From: Octopus sinensis
Taxonomy: Eukaryota
Reading direction: 5' to 3'
Length of the DNA stretch: 64,000 bases
NCBI RefSeq assembly: GCF_006345805.1
Contig: NC_043023.1
Coordinates: 19,468,001-19,532,000 of the forward strand
Both the position numbers and the translations under genes were made by a program. Below the pieces are notes generated by a model that searched no databases, was not told where the DNA came from, and saw only the letters and a list, made by a program, of their open reading frames with translations. Shown here piece by piece: positions 23,763 through 35,575 of this stretch (its first letter is position 1; the number at the start of each line of letters is the position of its first letter).

Positions 23763-24680
23763 CACACACATGGTTGCTATGGAAAAATGACTTGGAGAAT
23801 TTTTTTTCCATAAACGTTAAATTATAAATATGAGGTGTGTGTGTGTGCATAAATCTCTGTCTGTTATGGTGTAGGCATAGCTATGTGGTAAGAAATTTGC
23901 TTCCTATACACATGGTTTTGGGTTCAGTTCCACTGTGTGGCACCTTGGGCAAGTGTCTTCTACTATAGCCCCAGGCTGACAGAAACTGAAAAAAGCCCAT
24001 AGTTATATATATATATATGTATACTCTTTTACTTGTTTCAGTCATTTGACTGCAGCCATGCTGGAGCACCGCCTTTAATCGAGCAACTTGATTCCGGGAC
24101 TTATTCTTTTGTAAACCCAGTACTTATTCTATCGGTCTCTTTTGCCGAACCGTTAAGTGACGGGGACGTAAACACAACAGCATCGGTTGTCAAGCAATGC
24201 TAGGGGGACAGGCACACAAACATATACACACACACTTATATATATATATATACATATATACGACGGGCTTCTTTCAGTTTCCGTCTACCAAATCCACTCA
24301 CAAGGCTTTGGTTGGCCCGAGGCTATAGTAGAAGATACTTGCCCAAGATGCCACGCAGTGGGACTGAACCCGGAACCATGTGGTTGGTAAGCAAGCTACT
24401 TACCACACAGCCACTCCTGCTGTGTGTATATATATATACATATATACGACGGGCTTCTTTCAGTTTCCACCTACCAAATCCACTCACAAGGCTTTGGTCG
24501 GCCTGGGGCTATAGCAGAAGACACTTGCCCAAGATGCCACGCAGTGGGACTGAACCCGGAACCATGTGGTTGGTAAGCAAGCTACTTACCACACAGCCAC
24601 TCCTGCACCATAATGGTTTTATATTTTTTACAATTAAGATCTAAACTGTTAATATATGAATGTGAAAGTGATAGTTGAAT

Positions 24681-24711
24681 AACTGTAAACCTACTTTTGG
24701 GCCACCCTGTA
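24681..24711. mobile_element. Solo Tc1/mariner-like terminal inverted repeat
   Basis: Minus strand TACAGGGTGGCCCAAAAGTAGGTTTACAGTT, a typical mariner end; no partner found. Confidence 0.4.
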
Positions 24712-24713
24712 TG

Positions 24714-24745
<32 letters not shown>

Positions 24746-25249
24746 TATATGTATGTACATATAGTCCAGTGTGGACTGTGTTTGGTAGCGTTGGGATGAT
24801 AGCAATGTAATCTGTATTGGTATGAATCAACCCGATATTTAAATATAGAACTGAGCTAGATCTATATATGTATACTGGGTGTGATGAGGGTGGAATGGAA
24901 TTAGCATTTGGGTGGTGAGGTGAGTGAAGTCCTCAATCAGAGAATTTGAGTAGATGGGTAGATAGGTAAATAGGCAGATGATGTTGAGGTGTGTTTGTGG
25001 GTTGGGTGATGGTGAAAGACAGGTAGGTAGGTAGGTAGGTAGGTAGAGTGAAAAGTATGCTTTAAGGATGGGCGAGCTGTGTGTTTGGGGTACCATTGCT
25101 GTGAGGTGAGCTCCTTGATAGTTTTGTGTGTGTGTTTCTCTTTATCTTTTACTTGTTTCTGTTGTTGAGCTGTGGCCATGAGGGAGCAGCACCTCTTAAA
25201 GGTTTTAGTCGAACAAATTGAAAACAATATTTTTTTAACCCTGTAGCAT

Positions 25250-25420
25250 TCAGATTTCTTCTTCTTCCTTTTTTCATCTTGTTGTTTTTCTTCTTCTCCT
25301 CCTCCTCCTCCTTCCTCTCCTCCTTCTTCTTCTCCTTCTTCTTCTCCTCCTTCTCTTCCTCCTCCTTCTCCTTCCCCTCCTTCTTCTCCGTCTTCTCTTC
25401 CTTCTCCTCCTCCTTCTTCT
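25250..25420. repeat. (TCC/TTC)n microsatellite
   Basis: Direct inspection. Confidence 0.9.
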
Positions 25421-26094
25421 TCCAAGACGTTTGTCTATCCTCTCAAGCAATATGCTGCTGTGGGTGCCACTGGATGACAGGCCCTGGTGATGATCTTATC
25501 CTATGGTTTCCAATCCATCGTGACAGCCTTAGCATCCTTGAGGTCGAGGCTATAGTAGAAGATACTTGCCCAAGGTGCCATGCAGTGGGACTGAACCTGG
25601 AACCATGTGGTTCGTAAGCAAGCTACTTACCACACAGGCATGCGTGTGTATATATATAATGTGTGTGTGTGTGTGTGTATGGATGCATGTGTGTAACCAA
25701 CTAACAATAGCCCCATCCCTGAAATATATAAGTAATACCGTGAATTGTTGCCGTTAGTTTAGCTGTTTGGAGGATGAGTAAGAGACCATCCATCCCAATG
25801 GTTTGGGTGTCTGGAAAGAATGTGATGTTCCTACTTTTGTTATGCACGTGTCGTATGTTTAATGAAACAAGGTAAGCGGTTGTTTTAGATATCCTTTTAC
25901 TCGTTTCCTTGTTTCAGTCGTTTGACTGTGGCCATGCTGGAGCACTGCCCTTAGTCGAATGAATCGACCCGAGGACGTATTCTTTGTAAGCCTACTACTT
26001 ATTCTATCAGTCTCTTTTTGCAGAACTGCTAAGTTACGGGGACATAAACACACCAGCATTAGTTGTAAAGCGACGGTGGGATGGGGGTGGGGGA

Positions 26095-26305
26095 CAAACA
26101 CACACACACATACATACATACACACACACACACATACATACACACATAAATACATACACACACACATGCATACACACATAAATACATACACACACACACA
26201 CATAACACACACACATACATAACACACATGCATACATACACACATGCATACATACACACATGCATACATACACACAACATACATACATACATACATACAT
26301 ACAAA
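26095..26305. repeat. Compound (CA)n/(CATA)n microsatellite
   Basis: Direct inspection. Confidence 0.9.
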
Positions 26306-28106
26306 CAAATAAACAATGAGCTTCTTTCAGTGCCAGTGGCACATAAAAAGTGCCATCCGAATGTGGTCAGTGCCAGGTCTGCTTGACTGGTGCCCTTTGC
26401 CGATGGCACATAAAAAGCAGTGTCTGAACATGTCCGATGTCGGGTCCACCTGACTGGCTCCTTTGCCGGTGGCACGTAAAAAATCACCATCTGAACGTGG
26501 CTTTTGCAAATACCCACAAAGCACTATCCGAACATGATCGATGTCAGGCCTGCCTGCCTGACTGGCTCCTGTGCCGGTGGCGCATAAAAAGCACTCACTA
26601 CACTCATGGAGTGGTTGGTGTTAGGAAGGGCATCCAGCTGTATAATTTATGCCAGATCAGATTGGAGCCTGGTGCAGCCTCCTGGCATGCCAGACCTCAG
26701 TCAAACCGTCCAACCCATGCCAGCATGGAAAAACGGACGTTTAACGATGATGATGATGATGCAAATATAATATATTTAAATATAATATAGGTGACATATT
26801 AGCAATTAAATCCTAATGGCAAATTAATAAACATGGGTACAAAAAGCACCAGTTGCCAGAAATAAGTCAAAAGGCAACTCGACAGCCACACAAAGCACCA
26901 ACCTCATGAGATGGACAGAAGGTGAGAGAGCAAGCAAAACCACCTTTCTATTGTGAGACGAACTCTTGATGTATGGTAGCACGCCGGGCAAAATGCTTAG
27001 CGGTATTTCGTCTGCTGCTACATTCTGAGTTCAAATTCCGCCAAGGTCGACTTTGCCTTTCATCCTTTAGGGGTCGATTAAATAAATACCAGTTACGCAC
27101 TGGAGTAATATATATTCGAATTAATCCGTCTGTTTGTCCTCTTTGTGTTTAGCCCCTTGTGGGTAGTAAAGAAATAGGTATTTCGTCTGCCGTTAGGTTC
27201 AGAGTTCAAATTCCGCTGAGGTCGACTTTGGCTTTCATCATTTCGGGGTCGATTAAATAAGTACCAGTTATGCACTGGAGTCGATATATATTCGAATTAA
27301 TCCGTCTGTTTGTCCTCTTTGTGTTTAGCCCCTTGTAGGTAGTAAAGAAATAGGTATTTCGTCTGCCGCCACATTTTGAGTTCAAATTCCGCCGAGGTCG
27401 ACTTTGCCTTTCATCCTTTCGGGGTCGATTAAATAAGTACCAGTTATGCACTGGGGTCGATCTAATCGACTTAATCCCTTTGTCTGTCCTTGTTTGTCCT
27501 CTCTGTGTTTAGCTCCTTGTGGATAGTAAAGAAATAGGTATGTGTTTGTCACCCCATCACTTCTTGACAACCAGTGTTGGTATGTTTACGTTCTTGTAAC
27601 TTAGCAGTTCGGGGGAAAGAGACCTATAGAGTAAGTACTAGGCTTAAAAAACACAAAAAGGCCTGGGGCGCAATTTGTTCATCTAAAACACTTTGTGGCA
27701 GTGCTCCAACATGGCCGCAGTCAAATGACCAAAACAAGTATAAAAAAACATGTTTTTTTTTTTTCTTTTAATGATACCAGTGCCGGTGGCACGTAAGAGA
27801 ACCATCCGAACGTGGCTGTTGCCAGCGCCGCCCCGACTGGCCTCCGTGCTGGTGGCATGTAAAAAGCACCGTCCGATCGTGGCCGTTTGCCAGCCTCATC
27901 TGGCACCTGTGCCGGTGGCACGTAAAAAGCACCCACTACACTCTCGGAGTGGTTGGCGTTAGGAAGGGCATCCAGCCATAGAAACATTGCCTTACCAGAC
28001 TGGGCCTGGTGCAGCCTTCCCAGACCCCAGCTGAACCGTCCAACCCATGCCAGCATGGAAGGCGGATGCTAAACGATGATGATGATGATATATATAGTCC
28101 ATCAAT

Positions 28107-28146
<40 letters not shown>

Positions 28147-28178
28147 TTTATTTTAAGCAGCAGAAAATTCAAACAAAT

Positions 28179-28216
28179 CTGTTACTCTGAGTTTCTCGTT
28201 GCCGTTCATCAGACAG
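28179..28216 (-). ncRNA. Putative minimal type I hammerhead ribozyme (inverted twin)
   Basis: Exact reverse complement of 28227-28264. Confidence 0.6.
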
Positions 28217-28226
28217 TTTTTGCTAG

Positions 28227-28264
28227 CTGTCTGATGAACGGCAACGAGAAACTCAGAGTAACAG
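28227..28264 (+). ncRNA. Putative minimal type I hammerhead ribozyme
   Basis: CTGT-CTGATGA-ACG GCAA CGA-GAAA-CTC A GAG-TA-ACAG: intact CUGANGA and GAAA boxes, GNRA-capped stem II, near-palindromic stem III, GUA cleavage triplet, stem I CTGT/ACAG. Confidence 0.6.
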
Positions 28265-28365
28265 ATTTTGTTGAATTTTCTGCTGCTTAAAATAAAGCAT
28301 ATTACTCTACCACTGGTATTTGAGTACTCTTTTTCCACCTTGTTTCACATTTATGTGTTTACTCC

Positions 28366-28408
<43 letters not shown>

Positions 28409-29175
28409 CCAAGAGCACCATCCGAGCGTGATTATCGTCAGAGTAGCCAACTGGCTTCCATGCCGGTGACACGTAAAAGGGCACCATTTGGGCGTGATCA
28501 TTACCAGCGTCACCTTACTGGCACCTGTGCCGGTGGCATGTGTAAAAAGATTTGAGCGAGGTCATTGCCTGTACCGCCTGACTGGCCCCTGTGCCGGTGG
28601 CACGTATAAAGCACCCACTACACTCATGGAGTGGTTGGCGTTAGGAAGGGCATCCAACTGTAGAAACATTGCCAGATCAGACTGGGCCTGGTGCAGCCTT
28701 CTGGCTTCCCGGACCCCAGTTGAACCATCCAACCCATGCTAGCAAGGAAAGCGGAAGCTAAACGATGATGATGATGATGCTCAAATGGCTATGAAGGTCT
28801 ATTTAAATAGAATAGGAACGAAAGGGGTCCATAGGTAAAAAAAAAACAAGACAAAACAAAAAAAAATAATTGAGTAACATTATATAGGGAACACACCTTG
28901 ATACCCCGCAATAAAAAGCACACTAAAAAGACCCTGAACTGGAAGGGTAGTGGAGCCAACGTCAGACAGAATAAGGATGATACGAAGCATCGAGTCACTG
29001 CTGCATTTGGAGGTTGCGGCTTTTACCCGTGCACCTACTGCCCTCTCTCTAGGCTATGGATTGCGGTCGATGGACTGATGTTAGCCGACATGCACAGATT
29101 AGAGGTCGACTGATTTTTTTTTTTTTTTGGGTTTTTTTTAAATCTTTCTCTCTTAACCACCAGCTGTTGCGTTTT

Positions 29176-29437
29176 ATTATTATTATTTATTATCATCATC
29201 ATCATTATTATCATCATCATCATTATCATCATCATCATTATTATCATCATTATCATCATCATTATTATCATCATCATCATCATCATTATTATCATTATTA
29301 TTATCATCATCATCATTATTATCATCATTATCATCATCATTATTATCATTATTATCATCATCATTATTATCATCATCATCATTATTATCATCATTATCAT
29401 CATCATTATTATCATTATTATTATTATTATCATCATT
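29176..29437. repeat. Compound (ATC)n/(ATT)n microsatellite
   Basis: Direct inspection; followed by (AAATC)n. Confidence 0.95.
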
Positions 29438-29963
29438 AAATCAAATTATTAAATCAAATCAAATCAAATCAAATCAAATCAAAACAAATCAAAATAGATG
29501 AACATAAATGGAATTTGTATCTTTGTATCTTTGTGGTACCAGTGCCGGTGGCACACAAGAAAATCATCCGAACGTGGCCGTAGCCAGTACCGCATAGACT
29601 GGCCTCCGTGCTTTGGGGACGTAACAAACACCATCCGATCGTGGCCGTCCGCCAGCCTCATCTGGCACCTGTGTCGGTGGCACATAAAAACACCATCCGA
29701 GCGTGGCCGTCTGCCAGCCTCGTCTGGCACCTGTGTCGGTGGCACATAAAAACACCATCCGAGCGTGGCCGTTCGCCAGCCCTCGTCTGGCACCTGTGTC
29801 GGTGGCACATAAAATCACCCACTACACTCTCGGAGTGGTTGGCGTTAGGAAGGCATCCAGCTGTAGAAACACTGCCAGATCTGACTGGCCTGGTGCAGCC
29901 TTCGGGCTCCCCAGACCCCAGTTGAACCGTCCAACCCATGCTAGCATGGAAAACGGACGCTAA

Positions 29964-30268
29964 ATGATGATGATGATGATCATCATCATTATTATCATCA
30001 TTATCATCATCATTATTATCATCATCATCATCATTATTATCATCATCATTATTATCATCATCATCATTATTATCATCATCATCATTATTATCATCATCAT
30101 CATCATCATCATTATTATCATCATCATCATTATCATCATCATCATCATTATCATCATCATTATTATCATCATCATCATCATTATTATCATCATCATTATT
30201 ATCATCATCATCATCATCATTATTATCATCATTATTATCATCATCATTATTATTATTATTATTATTAT
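29964..30268. repeat. Compound (ATC)n/(ATT)n microsatellite
   Basis: Direct inspection; source of the poly-Ile ORF artefact. Confidence 0.95.
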
Positions 30269-30515
30269 CAGCCTCCTAGAAGTAGCCGTTCAGTATTAAT
30301 ACGGCTCCTCGCTTTCAACTGTTGTAGTTATTGGTGCTGCTGTTGTTGTCGTCGTTGGGTTTTCTAGATTTTTTTTTGATTTTTTTTCAGTTAATCCTTC
30401 CTCCCTAGATAATCCGGTCTTCACATATAATCCACGTGCTGATCAAAACCAAGAGCTTTTCTGTCCACTCCCTTCCCCAGGCATTTTGCAGTGGTATGAT
30501 TTTGTGATATGGGAC

Positions 30516-30551
<36 letters not shown>

Positions 30552-30684
30552 GTATCTTGTTTACTCCCAGGTCAGTCCTTGATCCAGCTGGCATATGTAC
30601 AGTCAAAGCCTTTCTAGCCATGACCATTTGTTTGAATCCATATTCCCTTGTCTAATGTTGCTTTTTTTTTTATGTCTATTTTTT

Positions 30685-31098
30685 GGATCTTTTCGGTTTG
30701 AACGGCAGTTTTTTAAAGATAATTTCCACGTAACTAAACACTTTTAAACTTCGTATACTGGTAGAATGTGTTTATAAAACATCTTTTTCTCTTGGCTTTA
30801 TTGAGAAAATTCTATAGTTTGTAAGATATTTGTTGTTTTTTCCTTCAATTTCTGCAATTTCAACCAATAACTGACATCTATTGAGGTAAAAAAAACATTC
30901 TGTGCTGTATGAATATGTCCCTCGTTTAAGAAACAGATTGGGTTTATTTACATTTCTGAAGAAAAAAAAGATACCCTTCCCCCACCCCTAACCCTAAAAC
31001 AGATTGAAATGCAATAGATCGATACTAGGGTCATAATTATGGGTGACAATTTCATATGGTACCGCTAGAAAAAACTGCTGTTCAAACGGAAAAGATCT
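30685..31098. mobile_element. Intact MITE (same family as 18824-19549, opposite orientation)
   Basis: ~29-bp TIR GATCTTTTCGGTTTGAACGGCAGTTTTTT / AAAAAACTGCTGTTCAAACGGAAAAGATC; T-rich flanks with an imperfect ~9-bp duplication. Confidence 0.85.
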
Positions 31099-31559
31099 TA
31101 TATTTTTGACTCTTTGCTAGTTTCAGCAATGATTCCTGGGGGTGAATTCTGTCCTTGAGCAAGACTCTTTATTTACTCTTTGCTCCAGTTCACTCATCTG
31201 GCAAATATGAGCCGTACCTGTAATTGAAAGGGGCCAGCCTTGTCACAATCTGTGTCATGTTGAATCTCCCTGAGAACTATGCTGAGTACAATGTGTCTGT
31301 GGAGTACTCAGCCACTTGCATGCTAATTTCAGAAGCAGGCTGTTCCATTGATTGGATTGACTGGAACTCTTGCCACAACCGATGGAGTGCCATATATGGA
31401 GTTGCGTGTGTGTGTATGCACACGCATGCGCATGTATATGGAGGTGCGTGTGTCCCTGCATATATGTGATGGTATGTTGTTGTTGTTGGCATCGTTTTTG
31501 TCTCGGGAGACAATGGAGTTGCGCATGAAGTAGTCCAGTCCGGCTTTTACATTTTATGT

Positions 31560-32095
31560 CCTGATCATCATCATTCATCATTGTTCGACTGTGGTCAAGA
31601 CAATGGAATTTACCATGCTACGCCAGACTTCACGGTCCATCATGGCATTACGGAGGTCCTGTTGCTGGATGCCTGTATCCCTGGAGATTACATCAGGGTA
31701 GGAGAGTGTGCACCCTCTGGTATCGCGACTGTGGTCGAGACAATGGAATTTACCATGCAATGCCAGACTTCATGGTCCATCATGGCATTACGGAGGTCCT
31801 GTTGCTGGATGCCTGTATCCCTGGAGATTACATCAGGGTAGGAGAGTGTGCGCCCTCTGGTATTGCGAGTAGATGGCTTCCAGAGGAGAAGAGTAGAAAT
31901 TGCTTCGTTTTCAGCTCTACAACAATGTCCAGCAAACTGGACTCTCTTACCTTTCACAAGAGATGACACAGGTGGTAGTTTCCCATATATTTGCATTTTG
32001 GTTGGATGGCGCTTCCATGAGAGATTTTGAGCTCTCATAAGGAGGCGAGTGTAGGTTCCATCCAACCGCCTCTCAAGCTTCTTTGATAATGTCCT
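31560..32095 (-). mobile_element. RTE-X-like LINE 3' fragment with internal ~140-bp duplication
   Basis: LDGTYTRLLMRAQNLSWKRHPTK...RVQFAGHCCR...LLLWKP...; (ATG)n-type tail. Second copy at 63062-63470. Confidence 0.75.
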
Positions 32096-32572
32096 GATAC
32101 ATCTCCTGCTGTGGCTGTGTAGTCCTATCTTGGACAAACACTACCTCTGGCAGGTACCGCAAATGTAGCCAAGACTGTTCCTGGCTGGTTGTAATGTCAT
32201 AGTTTCTTGTTGATGTCTTTTCTTGTCTTTCCATTTCTCCTCTCTCTCTCTCTCTCTCTCTGTCACTCCTTTGTATTCCCTCTTTTACGGTACGTCCCCA
32301 ATCTCCACGGTTGCTGGCAATTGTTTCCCAACTGCTAATATTGATGTTGCAGGCCTTCATGTCCCTTTTGCAAACATCCTTGTAACGTAAGAACGGTCTA
32401 CCCACAGACCTAGTACCCCTAGCAAGCTCTCTGTAGAGTATGTCCTTGGGGATTCTGTCATCTTTCATACGGCTAACATGCCCAAGCCATCTCATACGTC
32501 TTTGTGTGAGGAGTGCAAACATGCTTGGTATTCCTGCTTGCTTGAGGACATCTTTGTTGGGGATATGATGGT
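32095..32572 (-). mobile_element. RTE (BovB-like) LINE ORF C-terminal fragment
   Basis: HIPNKDVLKQAGIPSMFALLTQRRMRWLGHVSRMKDDRIPKDILYREL...GRPFLRYKDVCKRDMK, then terminal Zn-finger-like C..C...SKIGLHSHSRRC. Confidence 0.85.
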
Positions 32573-33689
32573 ATGTAGGGACATGTCAATCCTACAAGTC
32601 TGTGACGGGGCAGGGAGTGGGGAGCGAAAGGTTGGGTGATTTATGGAGAGGGGGAAAGGGCATGAGTGCTGTCATCTTTGTGTACCTGATAACCTCAGGA
32701 GGGATGTCGGATGTACTTTTCGTGACATGGGTTTTTTTGTGACAACTTGAGATTGAAGTGTGTGTGTACACGTGCATTCATAACTCATACAGGTTGAGTG
32801 ATGAATAAATAAACATACAGTCATATCCCTGTATCTTTAGTCTTGCCATGCAATTTGGTCCCATGTGGGTATTTTTTGCCTGAGTGAAATAGGGCATGTT
32901 GCGTGTACTTATGTGTCTGTGCATGTATATGTATGACGTATATATGTGTATATATATCATCATCATCATCATTTAGCGTCCGCTTTCCATGCTAGCATGG
33001 GTTGGACGGTTCAACTGGGGTCTGGGAAGCCAGAAGGCTGCACCCGGCCCAGTCTGATTTGGCAATGTTTCTACGGCTGGATGCCCTTCCTAACGCCAAC
33101 CACTCCGTGAGTGTAGTGGGTGCTTTTTACGTGCCACTGGCACGGAGACCAGGCGAGGCTGGCAACGGCCATGATCGGATAATGCTTTTTACGTGCCACC
33201 GGCATGGAGGCCAGTCGGGGTGGCGCTGGCATTATATATATATACACCTATGATGAGCTTCTTTCAGTTTCCATCTACCAAATCCATTTACAAGGTTTTG
33301 GTTGGCCTGAGGCTATAGTAGAAGACACATGCTCCAGGTGCCACACAGTGGGACTGAACCCGGAAACATGTGGTTGGAAAGCAAACTTCTTACCACACAG
33401 CCACATGTTGTGGTTTTCATTTTATAGCACCAGCCCTGATACTTTCTAAGCAGGCCCATCCCCGTGCGTGGGTACTCTTTAACTTGTTTGTGTCTATAAC
33501 ACGGGGCCTTTTGGTGTGTGTGTGTGTACATTGTGAATTAAGACAAAGAAGGGAAATGTTTGTGTGAGAGGGAGAAACATGAGTCAGCTCATGACACATT
33601 GTTATTATTATTATTATTTAACAGGTGGCAACAGATGTGCCTGTTGGTGGGTGGGTGGTGGTGGGTGTATATGCATGTGTGTAAATATA

Positions 33690-33941
33690 TAGTTTGATTT
33701 GTTGGGGTGTGTATGTATATATATATGCATTATATATGTGTATATATATATATATGTGTGTGTGTGTGTATATATATGTGTGTGTATGTGTGTATATATA
33801 TATATATGCATTATGTGTGTGTGTGTATATATATATATAGATGCATTATATATGTGTATATATATATACATATATATACATAAATGTGTATGTATGTAGT
33901 ATGTATGTATGTAATGTATGTGTGTGAATATATTGATATAT

Positions 33942-33980
<39 letters not shown>

Positions 33981-34060
33981 ATATATATATATAACTGTGT
34001 GTATATATATATAAAATGTGTATGTGTATATATATATATAATATATAAGGCTGATATACA
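33690..34060. repeat. Compound (TA)n/(TG)n microsatellite
   Basis: Direct inspection. Confidence 0.95.
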
Positions 34061-34894
34061 CACATGTGTAGCGTTTGTGTGTGTGTGCGTGTGGAGTGTT
34101 GCCTTTTGCGACAGGTGATGTCTGTCTAAGCTTAACTAGATCAACTGGGTGATTAGGTGTGTGTGTGTGTGTATGTGTGTGTCTTTATTTAAACAGATGG
34201 CAGCACAGATCTAGTCATGCACACACACACACACACACATGCGTGCACAATATATGTATATATATATAACATAGACACACATCACTGCCTCGTTAGACAG
34301 GTGATGTTTATACTCTTTCAGTTTGCGGGAACTAGGTGAGGTGTGTTGTGTTTAGACAGGCAATGCCTGCTATATATATATATATACATATATATATATG
34401 TGTGTGTGCCTTTCTCTCTTTGTATAGAATGAAACAGGAAGTTCTGCTGTATGTTTATTTTTATAGTTCGCAAGCTGTTACACGTAGGTGCAGCACGTGT
34501 GTATATGACAATAATGGCCAAAGAGATAGACTGCAATGAATGCAGGGGGCAAACAGACATGGGGGTGAACCCCTTGAGTCGACATTGCCTTTGTCGTTTC
34601 GACCTTTTGGCATTTACTTGTTTCAGTAATTAGACTGTGGCCATGCTGGGGCACCGCGTTTGAAGAATTTTTTTAGTGAAATTATAAAATCTAATGGCAC
34701 GGAAGTGCCGTCAGCCGGGCCTGCCCGAGGTGTTGCCAGGATGACGAAACCTATTTCTTTATTACCCACAAGGGGCTAAACACAGAGGGGACAAACAAGG
34801 ACAGACATAGGTATTAAGTCGATTACATCAACCCCAGAGCGTAACTGGTAATTAATTTATCGACCCTGAAAGGATGAAAGGCAAAGTCAACCTC

Positions 34895-35575
34895 TAGAAC
34901 AACGAAACCGTTCTGCACACACTTGTCCAGTGCCCAACTATTACTGAACTATGGGTTTATGTCGAACAGCTACTGTCACGTGTAGGACGGATCCGGCTAT
35001 CAGCTGAATCCATAGTGAAGATTTCCCCGCCGACCTCCTTTAACAAGAAGGGCAAGACCGTTTTCCTGTGGCGAAAGAGGTTGTATGGTGGACCCGTTTG
35101 AAAGGGCTAAAATCAGACACTTTCCTCTTTGGTCAAGGCCTCATCAACTTTTTCAAGTTTCACTTGAAAAGGAAGATGAGGTTAGAGAGGTGAGTGCTGT
35201 CTGATAGCAAGTTTACTGAAAGGTGGATAAATGTCGCAAGAATGGCCAGTATAAATGGACCAATTCTGAGGTTTCACCTGTAATTGAAAAAGGTATTATA
35301 AAAGGAGAAATGGGCTCTCTACCCCGCTTTTGACCAGGTTCCCGTGGCTTTTATGGGTTTTTCCACGTGAGACCTTTTCTTTTTTCGAAGTGTCTCCTCT
35401 ATTGGGAGTTTTACGCTGTTAAAATTTTTGATTGTTAAACTGCTTTTTACTTGGGTTTTTTTTTCACAAACGGACAAAACCTTTTGTAACCTTTCGTCCT
35501 GCTTTGTCCCTTTATGTTTTCCCATCGTATTTGTCAGCCCTTGTGGCCAATAAAAAGAATTAATTATCATTATTA
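34895..35575 (+). mobile_element. Tx1/L1-like LINE 3' end with UTR, AATAAA and (ATT)n tail
   Basis: LSAESIVKISPPTSFNKKGKTVF...KEVVWWTRLKGLK...FHLKRKMRLER...ERWINVARM. 3' copies at ~52548-52915 and ~53105-53212. Confidence 0.65.

Larger units (their letters stand above)
28146..28369. mobile_element. Palindromic, probably Penelope-like element with two inverted minimal hammerhead motifs, inserted in (TA)n
   Basis: Arms 28146-28216 and 28227-28297 (71 bp, 2 mismatches), 10-nt loop. Hammerhead core on + at 28227-28264 and on - at 28179-28216. Confidence 0.75.

Noticed and set aside
24937-25617. Glu/Gly-rich and Ser/Phe-rich ORFs
   Set aside because: Derived from the (TCC/TTC)n microsatellite and an adjacent SINE.
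29035-30299. Poly-His/Tyr, poly-Met/Ile and poly-Ile ORFs
   Set aside because: Translation of (ATC/ATT)n microsatellites.
34695-34752. GC-rich stretch with hairpin GGCAC-GGAA-GTGCC and downstream CGAAAC
   Set aside because: No CUGANGA box and no convincing HDV-like pseudoknot could be built by eye.
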